A stretch of DNA of 64,000 nucleotides from Promethearchaeota archaeon (lineage in GTDB: Archaea > Asgardarchaeota > Lokiarchaeia > Sigyniarchaeales > SOKP01). Below the pieces are notes generated by a model. The model made no database searches and was not told where the DNA came from. It saw only the letters and a program-made list of their open reading frames with translations. Positions 39,079 to 49,279 of this stretch are shown piece after piece; position 1 is the stretch's first letter; the number at the start of each line of letters is the position of its first letter. Location of the stretch: NCBI GenBank assembly GCA_048937405.1, contig JBHLNF010000011.1:5972-69971 (forward strand), written 5' to 3'. Made by a program: the position numbers and the translations under genes.

Positions 39079-41151
39079 TTAATTTAAATTAGTAATTATA
39101 TTTTCTTCTGTTTTAGAGCTAATAATACTTAAAACATCAAGTATTAAACAAATTGTTCCTTCACCTGTAATTGTAGAGCCTAATATCTCGCGAGAATCAG
39201 AATAATTGGATTTAAAAGGTTTTACAACTACATCCAGTTGTTGAAGTTGTTTATCGGCAACAAATATAGCTGAATTATCTTCATCCTTTTGACACCATAT
39301 TGCAATTTTCTTATGAGAATTTGGAGTGCTTTCAGATCCCATGTTTAGATATTCATTTAAATGAATTAAAGGTATTGTATTTGAATCTATTTTATAATAT
39401 TGTTCTCCGTCAATATATTCAACTTGGTTAGGATTGAAAAAATAAATTTGTTTAATATTTTCAGTTGGAATCGCAAATAAATCATCTGCTATTTGGATTA
39501 ATTGTGCTCTTAAAATTGCCCTTGTAAAGGGTACGTCTATAGTAAATTTAGTACCTATGTCTTTTTCTGAATGGATTCTTAAATTACCACCTAAATCCTT
39601 AATTTTTTCAGCTACAATAGCTAAGCCCATACCTCTTCCTGAAATAATATCCGCATCTCCTAATGTAGAAAAGCCGGGTAAAAGAATATAGTGGTGAAGA
39701 TCTTCTTTTGTTAATTGTTGTGCTTCCTCGGAGTTATAATAACCTTTGCTTATAACTTTTGCTCTTATTTTATCATAATTAATTCCAGCACCATCATCTT
39801 GAATTTCTATGAAAATTGAGCCTGCCCTTCTGTATGTTTTTAGTTTTAAAACACCAAGTTCATTCTTCCCTTTTTTTTTCCGATTCTTAGGTAATTCAAT
39901 TCCATGATAAATTGCATTTCTAATTAAATGGACTAATGGAGAATTAATTTCTTCTAAGATTTTTCTATCAATTTCAACATTAGTTCCCTCTAGAATAAGC
40001 CTAATTTTTTTCCCAGTTTCATTTGCAACATCTCGGACTAATCGTTTATACTTTCTAAATGTTGATTCAACCCTTACTAGTTTTAATTTGAACAGAATTT
40101 CTTGAATATCCAAGAAGGGTTTATCCATTTGATCAATTAACCTTATTATTGTTCTGTCTTCTTTTTCCTTTAAAAGTTGACTAATATGATTTTTCATTAT
40201 TACGAGTTCTCCGAAGTAATTCATGAGTTCCTCTAGATATTCAATGTTAACTTTAACACTCATGATTTTTATGTTTTGATCCGAATAACTACCTACAATC
40301 CGGGAAACACTCTCTACTTCTTCAATATCAGCTTCTTCATCAAAATCCTCAATAAGTATTTCCTCACTCATAGATTTTGACTTTTCAAGTTCCCATTTTT
40401 CTTTAAGATCATCTATAGTCTTACTAAATTCTTCAGATTTTATTGGAGTGATTACTATACTTTCAATTTCAAGAATTTCATCTAAAATCTGAAAAAGATT
40501 ATCTTTGGTAGTCTGAGTGATGTAAAAGATTTCAAACTCACTTCTAATTGTAGCTTTTTCTAGCTCTTCAGGAGTAGGATTAGTCCAACATATTTTACCA
40601 TTTTCATTTAATGCTCTAAATATTATGAATAATCTTACTTTTTTAAAAACACAAGTTTCTTCAAGACGAATATAAATCTTAAATGATTTATTTTTATTTT
40701 GACTTAATAATTTTGTAATTTCATCTGATTCTAAAGGTTGAATAAAAGTAATACTATAATCCGTTTCAAAAGTATCAAAGCTATTTTTTATATCTTCAAC
40801 GAAATTTGCATCAAGATCATTCATATTTCCAGTTTTTACTCGCTTTAAAATATTTCTTAACACATCTAGACTCTCAAATAACATATCTATGAAATTTCCT
40901 TGTTTGGTTTTAGAAACATTATTATCTTTAGCATTATCTAAAAAAGATTCAAAATGATGGCAAAACTTAGACAAATTCTCAAAACCTGCCATAGCAGTTA
41001 ATCCTTTTAATGTATGAAATGTAAAGAATAGTTCTTTAATTGGTTTAGGATTATCTGGATTTTCTTCTAAAGCAAGAATTTCTTCTTCAGTCTTTTGAAT
41101 TAAATCCTCTGCTTCACTTATGAAAAGCTTTATATCGTCATCAGATGACAC
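39079..41151 (-). CDS. cheA: chemotaxis histidine kinase CheA
   Basis: Hpt FHTLKG, P2-like region, HLIRNAIYHGIE, DDGAGIN, PGFST, SGRGMGL, C-terminal CheW-like P5. Confidence 0.97.
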   Translation of the reverse strand: MSSDDDIKLFISEAEDLIQKTEEEILALEENPDNPKPIKELFFTFHTLKGLTAMAGFENLSKFCHHFESFLDNAKDNNVSKTKQGNFIDMLFESLDVLRNILKRVKTGNMNDLDANFVEDIKNSFDTFETDYSITFIQPLESDEITKLLSQNKNKSFKIYIRLEETCVFKKVRLFIIFRALNENGKICWTNPTPEELEKATIRSEFEIFYITQTTKDNLFQILDEILEIESIVITPIKSEEFSKTIDDLKEKWELEKSKSMSEEILIEDFDEEADIEEVESVSRIVGSYSDQNIKIMSVKVNIEYLEELMNYFGELVIMKNHISQLLKEKEDRTIIRLIDQMDKPFLDIQEILFKLKLVRVESTFRKYKRLVRDVANETGKKIRLILEGTNVEIDRKILEEINSPLVHLIRNAIYHGIELPKNRKKKGKNELGVLKLKTYRRAGSIFIEIQDDGAGINYDKIRAKVISKGYYNSEEAQQLTKEDLHHYILLPGFSTLGDADIISGRGMGLAIVAEKIKDLGGNLRIHSEKDIGTKFTIDVPFTRAILRAQLIQIADDLFAIPTENIKQIYFFNPNQVEYIDGEQYYKIDSNTIPLIHLNEYLNMGSESTPNSHKKIAIWCQKDEDNSAIFVADKQLQQLDVVVKPFKSNYSDSREILGSTITGEGTICLILDVLSIISSKTEENIITNLN

Positions 41152-41180
41152 ATAATCACCTTAATTCCTCTTTATTATAA

Positions 41181-41579
41181 TTATTTCTTCTCTACTGGTT
41201 TATTTTTAAGTATTCGGTCCATGACCTCTAATATTTGCTCGGTCTTGAAGGGCTTTTGTATAAAGTCTTTTGCCCCTTTCTTCGCTGCTTCAAGAACTAA
41301 AGCTTCCTGACCTAGCGCAGAAACTACTATAATTACTGCTTTCGGGTTTATTTTTAAAATCTCCTCTGTTGCTTCAATACCACCCTTTTCTGGCATTACT
41401 AAATCCATGGTTACTAAATCAGGATTTAATTTCTTATATAGGGAGATTGCTTCTACACCATTCGAAGCTTCGCCTACAACCTCAATTTGTTCGATTTTAT
41501 TAATTATGTTTTTCAACATATTCCGGGTGAATTGTGCGTCATCTACTATTAGGACCTTTTTTTTATTATTCTTTGACAT
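41181..41579 (-). CDS. cheY: chemotaxis response regulator CheY
   Basis: VDDAQFTR, DLVTMDLVMP, VSALGQ, FIQKPF; single receiver domain next to cheA. Confidence 0.95.
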   Translation of the reverse strand: MSKNNKKKVLIVDDAQFTRNMLKNIINKIEQIEVVGEASNGVEAISLYKKLNPDLVTMDLVMPEKGGIEATEEILKINPKAVIIVVSALGQEALVLEAAKKGAKDFIQKPFKTEQILEVMDRILKNKPVEKK

Positions 41580-41606
41580 TTTATCAACTCCTATTTTTAT
41601 TTAAGT

Positions 41607-42140
41607 TTAGGTTGATGCCGATAAATCTTTCTGGATTTTGAGTTTATCTACATCACTAAAAATCTTACTTAAATCAAGCAATATCCTTGGTCTTTCTTCA
41701 AATTTAATAATTCCCTTGATATATTCCATTGCAACACTGGTCTGAAATATTGGACTCAATCCTATTATTTCAGCTGGTTTTATATGATCAATACTAAGGA
41801 TAGAATCTGAATAAAAACCGATTAAATCATTATCTATTTTTAGAATTATTATAAATTTTTTATTAGTTTTTGAATCTTGCTTAAATGAAGAACGCCTTGA
41901 TTGATACAATTCTGAGTTAGTTAATTCTAATTTTTTCGTCAGGTTAATTACATGAATAATTTCTCCTCTATAATTGTAAATGCCATCTATATAATCCACA
42001 CTTTTGGGTAGTTTTCTAACTAAACCTGCTTGAATTATCTCCTTTACATCATATAAATCTATACAGAACTCTTCCCATCCAATTTGAAAGGATAGGATAG
42101 AAACTTGATTCAGTCCTTCATAATTTTGTTTTTGGCTCAT
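41607..42140 (-). CDS. cheW: chemotaxis adaptor CheW
   Basis: VKEII, LPKSVDYIDGIYNYRGEIIHVINL, ILLDLSKI. Confidence 0.93.
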   Translation of the reverse strand: MSQKQNYEGLNQVSILSFQIGWEEFCIDLYDVKEIIQAGLVRKLPKSVDYIDGIYNYRGEIIHVINLTKKLELTNSELYQSRRSSFKQDSKTNKKFIIILKIDNDLIGFYSDSILSIDHIKPAEIIGLSPIFQTSVAMEYIKGIIKFEERPRILLDLSKIFSDVDKLKIQKDLSAST

Positions 42141-42158
42141 TTTTTTATAACCTATTTT

Positions 42159-42977
42159 TTATATTATAAAATATTGATTAATTTTTTTTTCAAATTCGTT
42201 AAATGGAGTAACATCTCCATTAAAATCTTTTATATAATCGCGGAAATCGAAGATAAATTCGTCCGCGATAAGATACATATACCTTTGAAGTAATGAATTC
42301 ATATTTTCAACCAAGAAAGCAAAGATAACATTACTTTTTGATATTACATAAAATTGTTGGTTCCCAAAATTAATTTCCTTAAGCTTTGCTCCCGTTTCCT
42401 CACCAATTATCGTATTTGAAAATGACAATAAAGCGGATATAAATCCACCTATGTGAACTTCGTGCTCGGCTATATTTGATCGATTTTTATTAATTTTAGA
42501 TACAAATGGACTTCCTGTAGAACCTATAATGAATATTGCAATAACACCATCAGATTTTGGAATTTCAATCTCAGATTTAAAAACATTTTTTATTTCTGAT
42601 AAAGGAGCATTAGAGAGAATTTGTTTATTTATTTTTTTCGACAAAAAATATAATTTTGGATAATTAACTGGAACATTTGGTTCTTTTTCTTCCATATACA
42701 CTATAACAGAAATATTTTTTTCTCCATTTCTAAAATATTGTATATAAATTGTAAAATCCTCTAATGGAATAATTGAGTTTCCCTGCCTTTTATCAACAAT
42801 TTCATTTTTATATAACTCAAAAATATTTTGAATTAACGATACTCCAATGCCCTTCTGAAAAACTACATTGAGCTTTCCACCATTCTCGAGGTCTGAAATG
42901 TCCAATAGACCATAACCGAGCATATGTAATTTTTCAATTGGTTTACTTGAATTTCGATTTGTATCCATAGCGATCAT
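42159..42977 (-). CDS. longin-domain protein (C-terminal longin; possible second longin-like N-terminal domain)
   Basis: IAIFIIGSTGSPF...IGGFISALLSFS...LKEINFGNQQFY...LIADEFIFDF...FNGDVTPFNEFEKKI. Confidence 0.82.
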   Translation of the reverse strand: MIAMDTNRNSSKPIEKLHMLGYGLLDISDLENGGKLNVVFQKGIGVSLIQNIFELYKNEIVDKRQGNSIIPLEDFTIYIQYFRNGEKNISVIVYMEEKEPNVPVNYPKLYFLSKKINKQILSNAPLSEIKNVFKSEIEIPKSDGVIAIFIIGSTGSPFVSKINKNRSNIAEHEVHIGGFISALLSFSNTIIGEETGAKLKEINFGNQQFYVISKSNVIFAFLVENMNSLLQRYMYLIADEFIFDFRDYIKDFNGDVTPFNEFEKKINQYFII

Positions 42978-43449
42978 ATTAGAGTCATATTTAGATTTTT
43001 GTGGAACTTCTGTTTAAATGGACTAATTTTAGAAATCTTTTCGAATAAATTAATTCGTGTTGTAAAAAATTAATTATTCAAAGATTTTTTTATATTCTCT
43101 ACTTTGCTTTGAACTAAAAAAAATATAATAAAAAGGATTTATAAAATTTCGTTTAACAAAAAATGTGATAAGAAGAAAAAAAACAAAATAATAGGATGTT
43201 GGGTTAAATATGTTAAAAAGTTTTAGTATGATAAATATTTAAATACTTTGAATAAATTACATAAATAGTAATATTTTGAATGCCAAAATATATAATTTTA
43301 AAATAGTTTTGCATCCAAAAAAAGGGTTTTACATACATACTATATTATTTTATAGTTGTCTTTAAGTGGTATTATAAATAGTGTATAGAATATTTTTAAA
43401 ATTGAAAATATGTTTAATTTAAACTACTCTAAAATTAAGGAGTATAAAA

Positions 43450-44094
43450 ATGAATGCTCAAGAGGACCTAAATCAGGGAAATGAAATCTATTTACATGAG
43501 ATTAATATTCGATGCCCACAATGCTCATCCAATAAGAATTTGAAGATACCAAAAAAAGTCATCGATCAAAGCAAACAGTTGACTACAATCTCAATTCCTT
43601 CAAATTTATGTTGCGAACATAGTTTTCAAGCTTTTGTGGATAAAAACTTTATTGTTAGAGGCTATCAAAAAGTAGATTTTGAATTCTCACATATGGAATT
43701 TTATGAAAGTGGTGATGATACTTCTGATACCCTTGAATTTACTTCTTTACCAGTTTTTCAGAATATAATCCAATTATTAAGAGATTGTGTAGATGATAAT
43801 GAAATAATAGGGTCAGGAATCTTTACCGATGAGGGAAAAGTATTATATTCTTCTTTACCGCAAACTACTTTATTCAATACAATTAAAGAATTTGAAGTTC
43901 GAAATCAGAAGAACCTAATTAGTGTAAAAAAAATGTATCTCGAATTAGAGAATAACGAGAAGTTTATCTCGAATGTTTTTTCTTTTAATGGAAATAAATT
44001 TAATTTGGTCTTAATGTTTGCTTTTAGAGTAAAATTTGGGATGGGCAACCTTCACATGCGTGATCTCTTAAAAAAGATAAAAAAAATTCATTGA
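43450..44094 (+). CDS. Zn-binding N-terminal domain + roadblock/profilin-like C-terminal domain
   Basis: CPQC...CCEHSFQAFVDKNFIVRGYQ, then IIGSGIFTDEGKVLYSSL. Confidence 0.65.
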   Translation: MNAQEDLNQGNEIYLHEINIRCPQCSSNKNLKIPKKVIDQSKQLTTISIPSNLCCEHSFQAFVDKNFIVRGYQKVDFEFSHMEFYESGDDTSDTLEFTSLPVFQNIIQLLRDCVDDNEIIGSGIFTDEGKVLYSSLPQTTLFNTIKEFEVRNQKNLISVKKMYLELENNEKFISNVFSFNGNKFNLVLMFAFRVKFGMGNLHMRDLLKKIKKIH

Positions 44095-44465
44095 AAAAAT
44101 TAATTCATTTCATTTTATAATTAGATTAATTTATTGTAAAATTTAAAATCGAGATTCTTGATTTGAAATTTTTTAATAATAGGAAGTTTTCAGACAACGT
44201 GATTTTGTTTAGTTTTTTACTCACAAATTTCAAATAGAAATAGGATTATTGATAAAATTTAAAGAGAAACTGAATATTGTGTTTACTTATATTATTTATT
44301 ATTTATCCCAAAAAATGAATCTAATAAAATAATTTGCCACAAAAAAAGTTTCTAAATCTTTATTAAGATATTTTTGTATGTAAAGTTATTTTTATTAAAA
44401 ATATAAACGAAATATTTAAGAAGATATATTCTAAAATATACTTAATCAAAAAGATTTAAAAATTA

Positions 44466-44735
44466 ATGAGAAAAATCTCAATGATAACAAATGAAGATGA
44501 AATTAATAAAAAAATTAAGCTAACCAGCAAGATCTTAAGTAATGTTCATGAAATATTGGAATTATTTAAACCACTTCTAATTAAAATGATTAATATGCCA
44601 GAGGCTGAAGATTATAAAAAAAATGGAAATTTTTTAAGAGCTGCATCATTATTTAGTAAAATCTCTGATTTATGTGAAGAGATTGAAACCATTTCCTTTT
44701 GTTCAGTAGATTTTCTTAAAAGCCTAGGTAACTAA
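44466..44735 (+). CDS. hypothetical protein
   Basis: 89-aa helical ORF. Confidence 0.55.
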   Translation: MRKISMITNEDEINKKIKLTSKILSNVHEILELFKPLLIKMINMPEAEDYKKNGNFLRAASLFSKISDLCEEIETISFCSVDFLKSLGN

Positions 44736-44834
44736 ACTTATTGCTAAATCTATTTATCTTCTTTTAAAGAAAAGGTTTATAAAATAAAGATTCACCTTTT
44801 TATCGAAATATCGTAATTTGAAAGGTTTCAAGAG

Positions 44835-44905
44835 TGCGCCCGCCGGGAATTGAACCCGGGACGCTGGCTTGGGAAGCCAGCATATTACCACTATACTACG
44901 AGCGC
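44835..44905 (-). tRNA. tRNA-Gly(CCC)
   Basis: GCGCTCGTAGTATAGTGGTAATATGCTGGCTTCCCAAGCCAGCGTCCCGGGTTCAATTCCCGGCGGGCGCA folds as a cloverleaf; no intron, no encoded CCA. Confidence 0.95.
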
Positions 44906-45230
44906 CAATTTATATGAGATTTGTGCTATTGAGGGGACTTTTTTTGGGATATATATTAATTAAATTTGATTACCTAATTAAAACTTTTTGATAACTGACA
45001 GAAGTATTTATTTTGTATCAGTATATAGAACAATTAGATAATCTCCATACAAATATAACATTAAGTTACTATGTTTTTCATATTTTATACATCAATATTA
45101 AAAATATTTACTTTGTTTTTGAAATCATAGCTGTGATATACTAAATAATGAACATTCATTAAAAATTCAATAAAAAAAAAGTTATAATAAAAAAGAATAC
45201 ATTGAGGATATTATATGGTGAAGCAGATTT

Positions 45231-46349
45231 ATGAGAAATGAAGAATTATTAAGAAATTCAGAGGAAAAATATAAGTTAATTTTAGATAATGCTAATGACT
45301 TAATTACAATTTTAAATGATAAATTAGAGCATGAATATATTAATGAGAAAGCAGTTTTTGAATGTTTGGGCTATTTAAGAGAAGATCTAATTGGAAAATC
45401 CGCACTTATTAACATTCATCCAGACGATGTGAAAATCGCCACTAAAACTATAAGGAATTTATTTAAATATGGGGAAAGTAGAAATGAAATGAGACTGAAG
45501 CATAAAGATGGACATTATCTTTGGTTTGAACATAAAGGGAAAAAATTCATTGATACAGAGGGAACAGCTAAAGCAATAATAATTTCCCGAGATATAACTG
45601 AACGCAAGAAGGCTGAAAGTATTCAACTTGAAGAATATAAAAAATTAGAAGAATTAAGTCAAATAAAAAGTGAATTAATAATGAAAGCATCTCATGAACT
45701 CAAAACTCCATTGAACTCTGTTTATGCCGCATCGCAGCTTCTTTTAAGAAATTTCAAAAATAAATTTGAAGAGAATGAATTGAATTTTCTTGAAATTATA
45801 TATAGAGGAAGTCAAAAATTAAGACTTTTGATTGATAATCTGCTTGACATATCTAAATTAGAATCAGATGAATTGAAACTGGACTTGAAAGATGAGGATC
45901 TTGTTGAATTAATAAAAGATTGCGTTAACGATTTAAAACTTAGAGCGGATAAAAAAAAGCTTAATATTAAAGTTAATTTACCTGAAAAATGTATTTTGTG
46001 TATTGATAGAATTAGATTAGAGCAAGTGATAATTAATCTGTTATCTAATGCAATAAAATATACACCTTCTGAGGGAGCTATTTTTATAAATTTAAATGAC
46101 AAAAAAGAAAACATAGAATTCTCAGTTAAAGATACTGGGATTGGAATTACAAAGAAAGAAAAAGGACAATTGTTTAAAAAGTTTGGTAAAATCAATAGAA
46201 TTAATTATTATTCTGATATTAGTACTGAAGGAGCTGGTTTGGGGTTATATATTTCTAAAGAAATTGTTGAACTTCATAAGGGTAAAATAATTGTACAATC
46301 TCAAGGTAGAAATAAAGGATCAACTTTTATAATTAGTTTCCCTAAATAA
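45231..46349 (+). CDS. cytoplasmic PAS-domain sensor histidine kinase
   Basis: PAS (IHPDD, RDITERK), SHELKTPL, NLLSNAIKYT, DTGIG, GAGLGL. Confidence 0.95.
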   Translation: MRNEELLRNSEEKYKLILDNANDLITILNDKLEHEYINEKAVFECLGYLREDLIGKSALINIHPDDVKIATKTIRNLFKYGESRNEMRLKHKDGHYLWFEHKGKKFIDTEGTAKAIIISRDITERKKAESIQLEEYKKLEELSQIKSELIMKASHELKTPLNSVYAASQLLLRNFKNKFEENELNFLEIIYRGSQKLRLLIDNLLDISKLESDELKLDLKDEDLVELIKDCVNDLKLRADKKKLNIKVNLPEKCILCIDRIRLEQVIINLLSNAIKYTPSEGAIFINLNDKKENIEFSVKDTGIGITKKEKGQLFKKFGKINRINYYSDISTEGAGLGLYISKEIVELHKGKIIVQSQGRNKGSTFIISFPK

Positions 46350-46511
46350 CTTGTTTTCAATATTCTGAACAGCTCTAATTTGAAATATAAATGAGTTTAT
46401 AAGGAGTATTACTTTTTAAGGTCTTAATTTAGTTTCCCCATCACAAAAAGACATTTATAATTAACCTATTAAATTATATTCTTTTTTAAGTCAATTTACG
46501 AGCATTTTAAA

Positions 46512-47162
46512 ATGGAAAATTTCAGGATAAACATTAATAAAACTTTACAGAAAATATCATTTGGTGCATATGGATTAATATCTATTATATTTGGAGCTAT
46601 AGGTGATTTAATTGCATATTTGATGTATCCAGGATATAATCCTTTACGAAGAGCTGTAAGTTCATTATGTTTAGGGCCAGGTTGGTTATTTTTTCAATCA
46701 GGTACCGTAATTTCAGGTTTCTTTGCACTTTTATATTTAATTTCTCTTGAAAAAACATTTAATAAGGAAGAAGTCAATAATAATGTTAGAAAGTATGCTA
46801 AAATTTCAGGAACAATTTCCTGTACAACTTTTATGACATTAGGTGTTTTTTGCGGTTCTAATCTAATAATTGCATACATTCATGGAATTAGTGCTTTGAT
46901 CACTTGGATTTCTGGTTTATTATATATTAGTTTTTATAATTTTTTAATAATTAATTCATCAAATTATTCAAAAAAACTAGGTTATTGTGGATTAATTACA
47001 ACCTTTACTTTGGGTTTAATGTTGGTTTTCTTTTTATTACATTTATTTCCAGCTTTGAGATTTTTAATGATTATTTTACCTAGTTTGGAATGGTTGAATA
47101 CGTTATCACTAATTGTATGGTATCTGATTACATCGATTTATGTTATTCATAAAAAATATTAA
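46512..47162 (+). CDS. DUF998-like membrane protein
   Basis: YPGYNPLRRAVSSL, conserved H in TM4, EW near C-terminus. Confidence 0.7.
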   Translation: MENFRININKTLQKISFGAYGLISIIFGAIGDLIAYLMYPGYNPLRRAVSSLCLGPGWLFFQSGTVISGFFALLYLISLEKTFNKEEVNNNVRKYAKISGTISCTTFMTLGVFCGSNLIIAYIHGISALITWISGLLYISFYNFLIINSSNYSKKLGYCGLITTFTLGLMLVFFLLHLFPALRFLMIILPSLEWLNTLSLIVWYLITSIYVIHKKY

Positions 47163-47236
47163 GGATCTATTAGAAAGATATTTTTACTATTATAATTTTT
47201 AAGCTATTATATGATTTTTAAAGTAATAAATGGAGA

Positions 47237-47947
47237 TTGTTTATTATGAAAAAAGTAAATGAATTTTTTGATAATATCTTTAATTACACTTCTGGATATA
47301 ATTTTGGTTTCCTTGCATTTATAATAGGTTATTCAGGAATTTATTTAGCACTTTTAATATCTGCTTTAATGGGAGAGTATATAATGTGGGAGGAATCGAT
47401 TAGTGTATTAGGACTTGTTGCAGGGGGACCTTATTTAAGAGTTGGATTAATAAGTTCTTATATTCTTGCAATTCCATTTATTATTTATTTAGGAAGACTA
47501 TTGAAAAATGAGAATATTAATGAAAATTTAAGAAAGATAACTATTGTAGTTAGTATTTTTTCTTCTATAACTGCTGTATTAACAGGAATATTTTCAGGTA
47601 TAAATGAGTTCATCAGTAGCTTACATGGTTTATTTGCTCTTCTAAGTTGGATTGGAGGGGCTATAGCATGTAGTCTTTTTGGTTGCTTAATGTTAAAAAA
47701 TCCGAAATTTTCAAAATCTATTATTTATTTTAATTTTATAATTGCTGGGATTTTTGTTTCTTATCTAATACCATTTTTCATAACAAATTTCTGTGATTGT
47801 TTTTCTGAGATATGCTATTCATTTGGTCGTGCTATATACACCATAATGCCTATTTATGAATGGACAGTAATGTTTTCCATTTTGATCTGGTATTTTGGCA
47901 ACGCTACTTATCTATTAAATAATAAATCTATAACTGTGAATGATTAA
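47237..47947 (+). CDS. DUF998-like membrane protein (paralog)
   Basis: SISVLG, LHGLFA, YEW; similar layout to upstream gene. Confidence 0.65.
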   Translation: MFIMKKVNEFFDNIFNYTSGYNFGFLAFIIGYSGIYLALLISALMGEYIMWEESISVLGLVAGGPYLRVGLISSYILAIPFIIYLGRLLKNENINENLRKITIVVSIFSSITAVLTGIFSGINEFISSLHGLFALLSWIGGAIACSLFGCLMLKNPKFSKSIIYFNFIIAGIFVSYLIPFFITNFCDCFSEICYSFGRAIYTIMPIYEWTVMFSILIWYFGNATYLLNNKSITVND

Positions 47948-48070
47948 ATTATAGTTTTTCTAAAAATTTATATAGTTCTCTGATTTTATTTCGGGGTATA
48001 ATCAATACTTTATTTAATCTTTAAAAGGATTTAATTATTATAGGAACCTACATCATATTAAAATAAAATA

Positions 48071-48760
48071 ATGAAAGCGATTATTGAAATGCAAATTAAA
48101 TATGAAAGAAATATTCAAATTAATAAAAAGGATGCATTGATAATTGTTGATATACAAAACGATTTTCTTCCCGGAGGCGCATTAGCGGTAAATGAGGGAG
48201 ACTTAATTATTGATGATATTAATAAACTCGCTCAAAAATTTAAAGATAATAAGGTTATCATTGTATTAACTCAAGATTGGCATCCAAAAAATCATTTATC
48301 GTTTGCTAGTAATCATAAAGGGAAAAAACCAGGAGATGAATATACATCGAAAAATGGAGCTATTGGTCCAGTTTTATGGCCTGATCACTGTATACAAGGT
48401 ACTAATGGGGCAAAATTTCATAAAGATCTAAATACACAATTAGCAAATAAGATTATTCAAAAAGGTATACGTCGCAAGGTTGATAGTTATTCTGGATTTC
48501 GGGATAATGATAAAAAAACTGAAACTGGTTTGAGAAAATATCTCAACTCAAAAAAAATTCAGCGAATTTTTATTTGTGGCTTAGCTCTAGATTATTGTTG
48601 CTACTATACAGCGATGGACGGTCTTGAGTTTGGTTATGAAGTATATTTCATAGAGCGATTAACAAGGGGAGTTGATTTACCAGAAGGTAATATAAATAAT
48701 GCTCTTAGTAATATGAAGAAATCAGGTATCACATTTGCGGATATTGATAGTTTCAAATAA
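48071..48760 (+). CDS. pncA: nicotinamidase/pyrazinamidase
   Basis: VDIQNDFLPGGALAV, TQDWHP, WPDHC, DSYSGF, GLALDYC. Confidence 0.96.
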   Translation: MKAIIEMQIKYERNIQINKKDALIIVDIQNDFLPGGALAVNEGDLIIDDINKLAQKFKDNKVIIVLTQDWHPKNHLSFASNHKGKKPGDEYTSKNGAIGPVLWPDHCIQGTNGAKFHKDLNTQLANKIIQKGIRRKVDSYSGFRDNDKKTETGLRKYLNSKKIQRIFICGLALDYCCYYTAMDGLEFGYEVYFIERLTRGVDLPEGNINNALSNMKKSGITFADIDSFK

Positions 48761-48799
48761 TAATAACAGTTTTTTTTAATCTTTCTTTTTAACTTCATA

Positions 48800-49276
48800 A
48801 TGGTTAATAAATTCCCTTATCACTCTATTTTGGTAGTATGTTCTGTAAACACTGCTAGATCAAGAATGGCAGAAGGTTTTTTAAGAGATTTTTTCAAAAA
48901 AATGAATTTTGGAATTAAAGTGAATTCTGGGGGTATTGCTCCTAATGCCAGAGATGGAATGACAATATCAATGGATGCAAAACTAGTTATGGAAGAAGTT
49001 GGAATTAAATTATCAGATAGTGCTTTATCAATTGATTTAAAGAGGCATCATGAATATATAAAGGATGCTGATTTAATTCTCACCTTAACAAACAAACACA
49101 AAGAAGATATCCAAAATATTTTTAATATAAATAGTAAAGATATTTTAACAATAAAAGAATTTGCTGAAGAAAAGGGAGATATTGAAGATCCTTCAATGAA
49201 TGAAGCACTTTTTCGAGCAGTAAGAGATGAAATTATCAATAGTTTAATGAAAGGATTAAATAAATATGAGTTTTAA
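48800..49276 (+). CDS. low-molecular-weight protein phosphatase family
   Basis: VCSVNTARSRMAE P-loop, DIEDP. Confidence 0.88.
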   Translation: MVNKFPYHSILVVCSVNTARSRMAEGFLRDFFKKMNFGIKVNSGGIAPNARDGMTISMDAKLVMEEVGIKLSDSALSIDLKRHHEYIKDADLILTLTNKHKEDIQNIFNINSKDILTIKEFAEEKGDIEDPSMNEALFRAVRDEIINSLMKGLNKYEF

Positions 49277-49279
49277 ATC

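Noticed and set aside
44835-44905. tRNA-Gly near the edge of the che cluster as a possible island attachment site
   Set aside because: No integrase or transposase in the window, and I saw no duplicated tRNA 3' end
45231-46349. PAS histidine kinase as a member of the che system
   Set aside because: Separated by a tRNA, on the opposite strand to the che genes and of a common stand-alone type; the link cannot be supported from sequence alone
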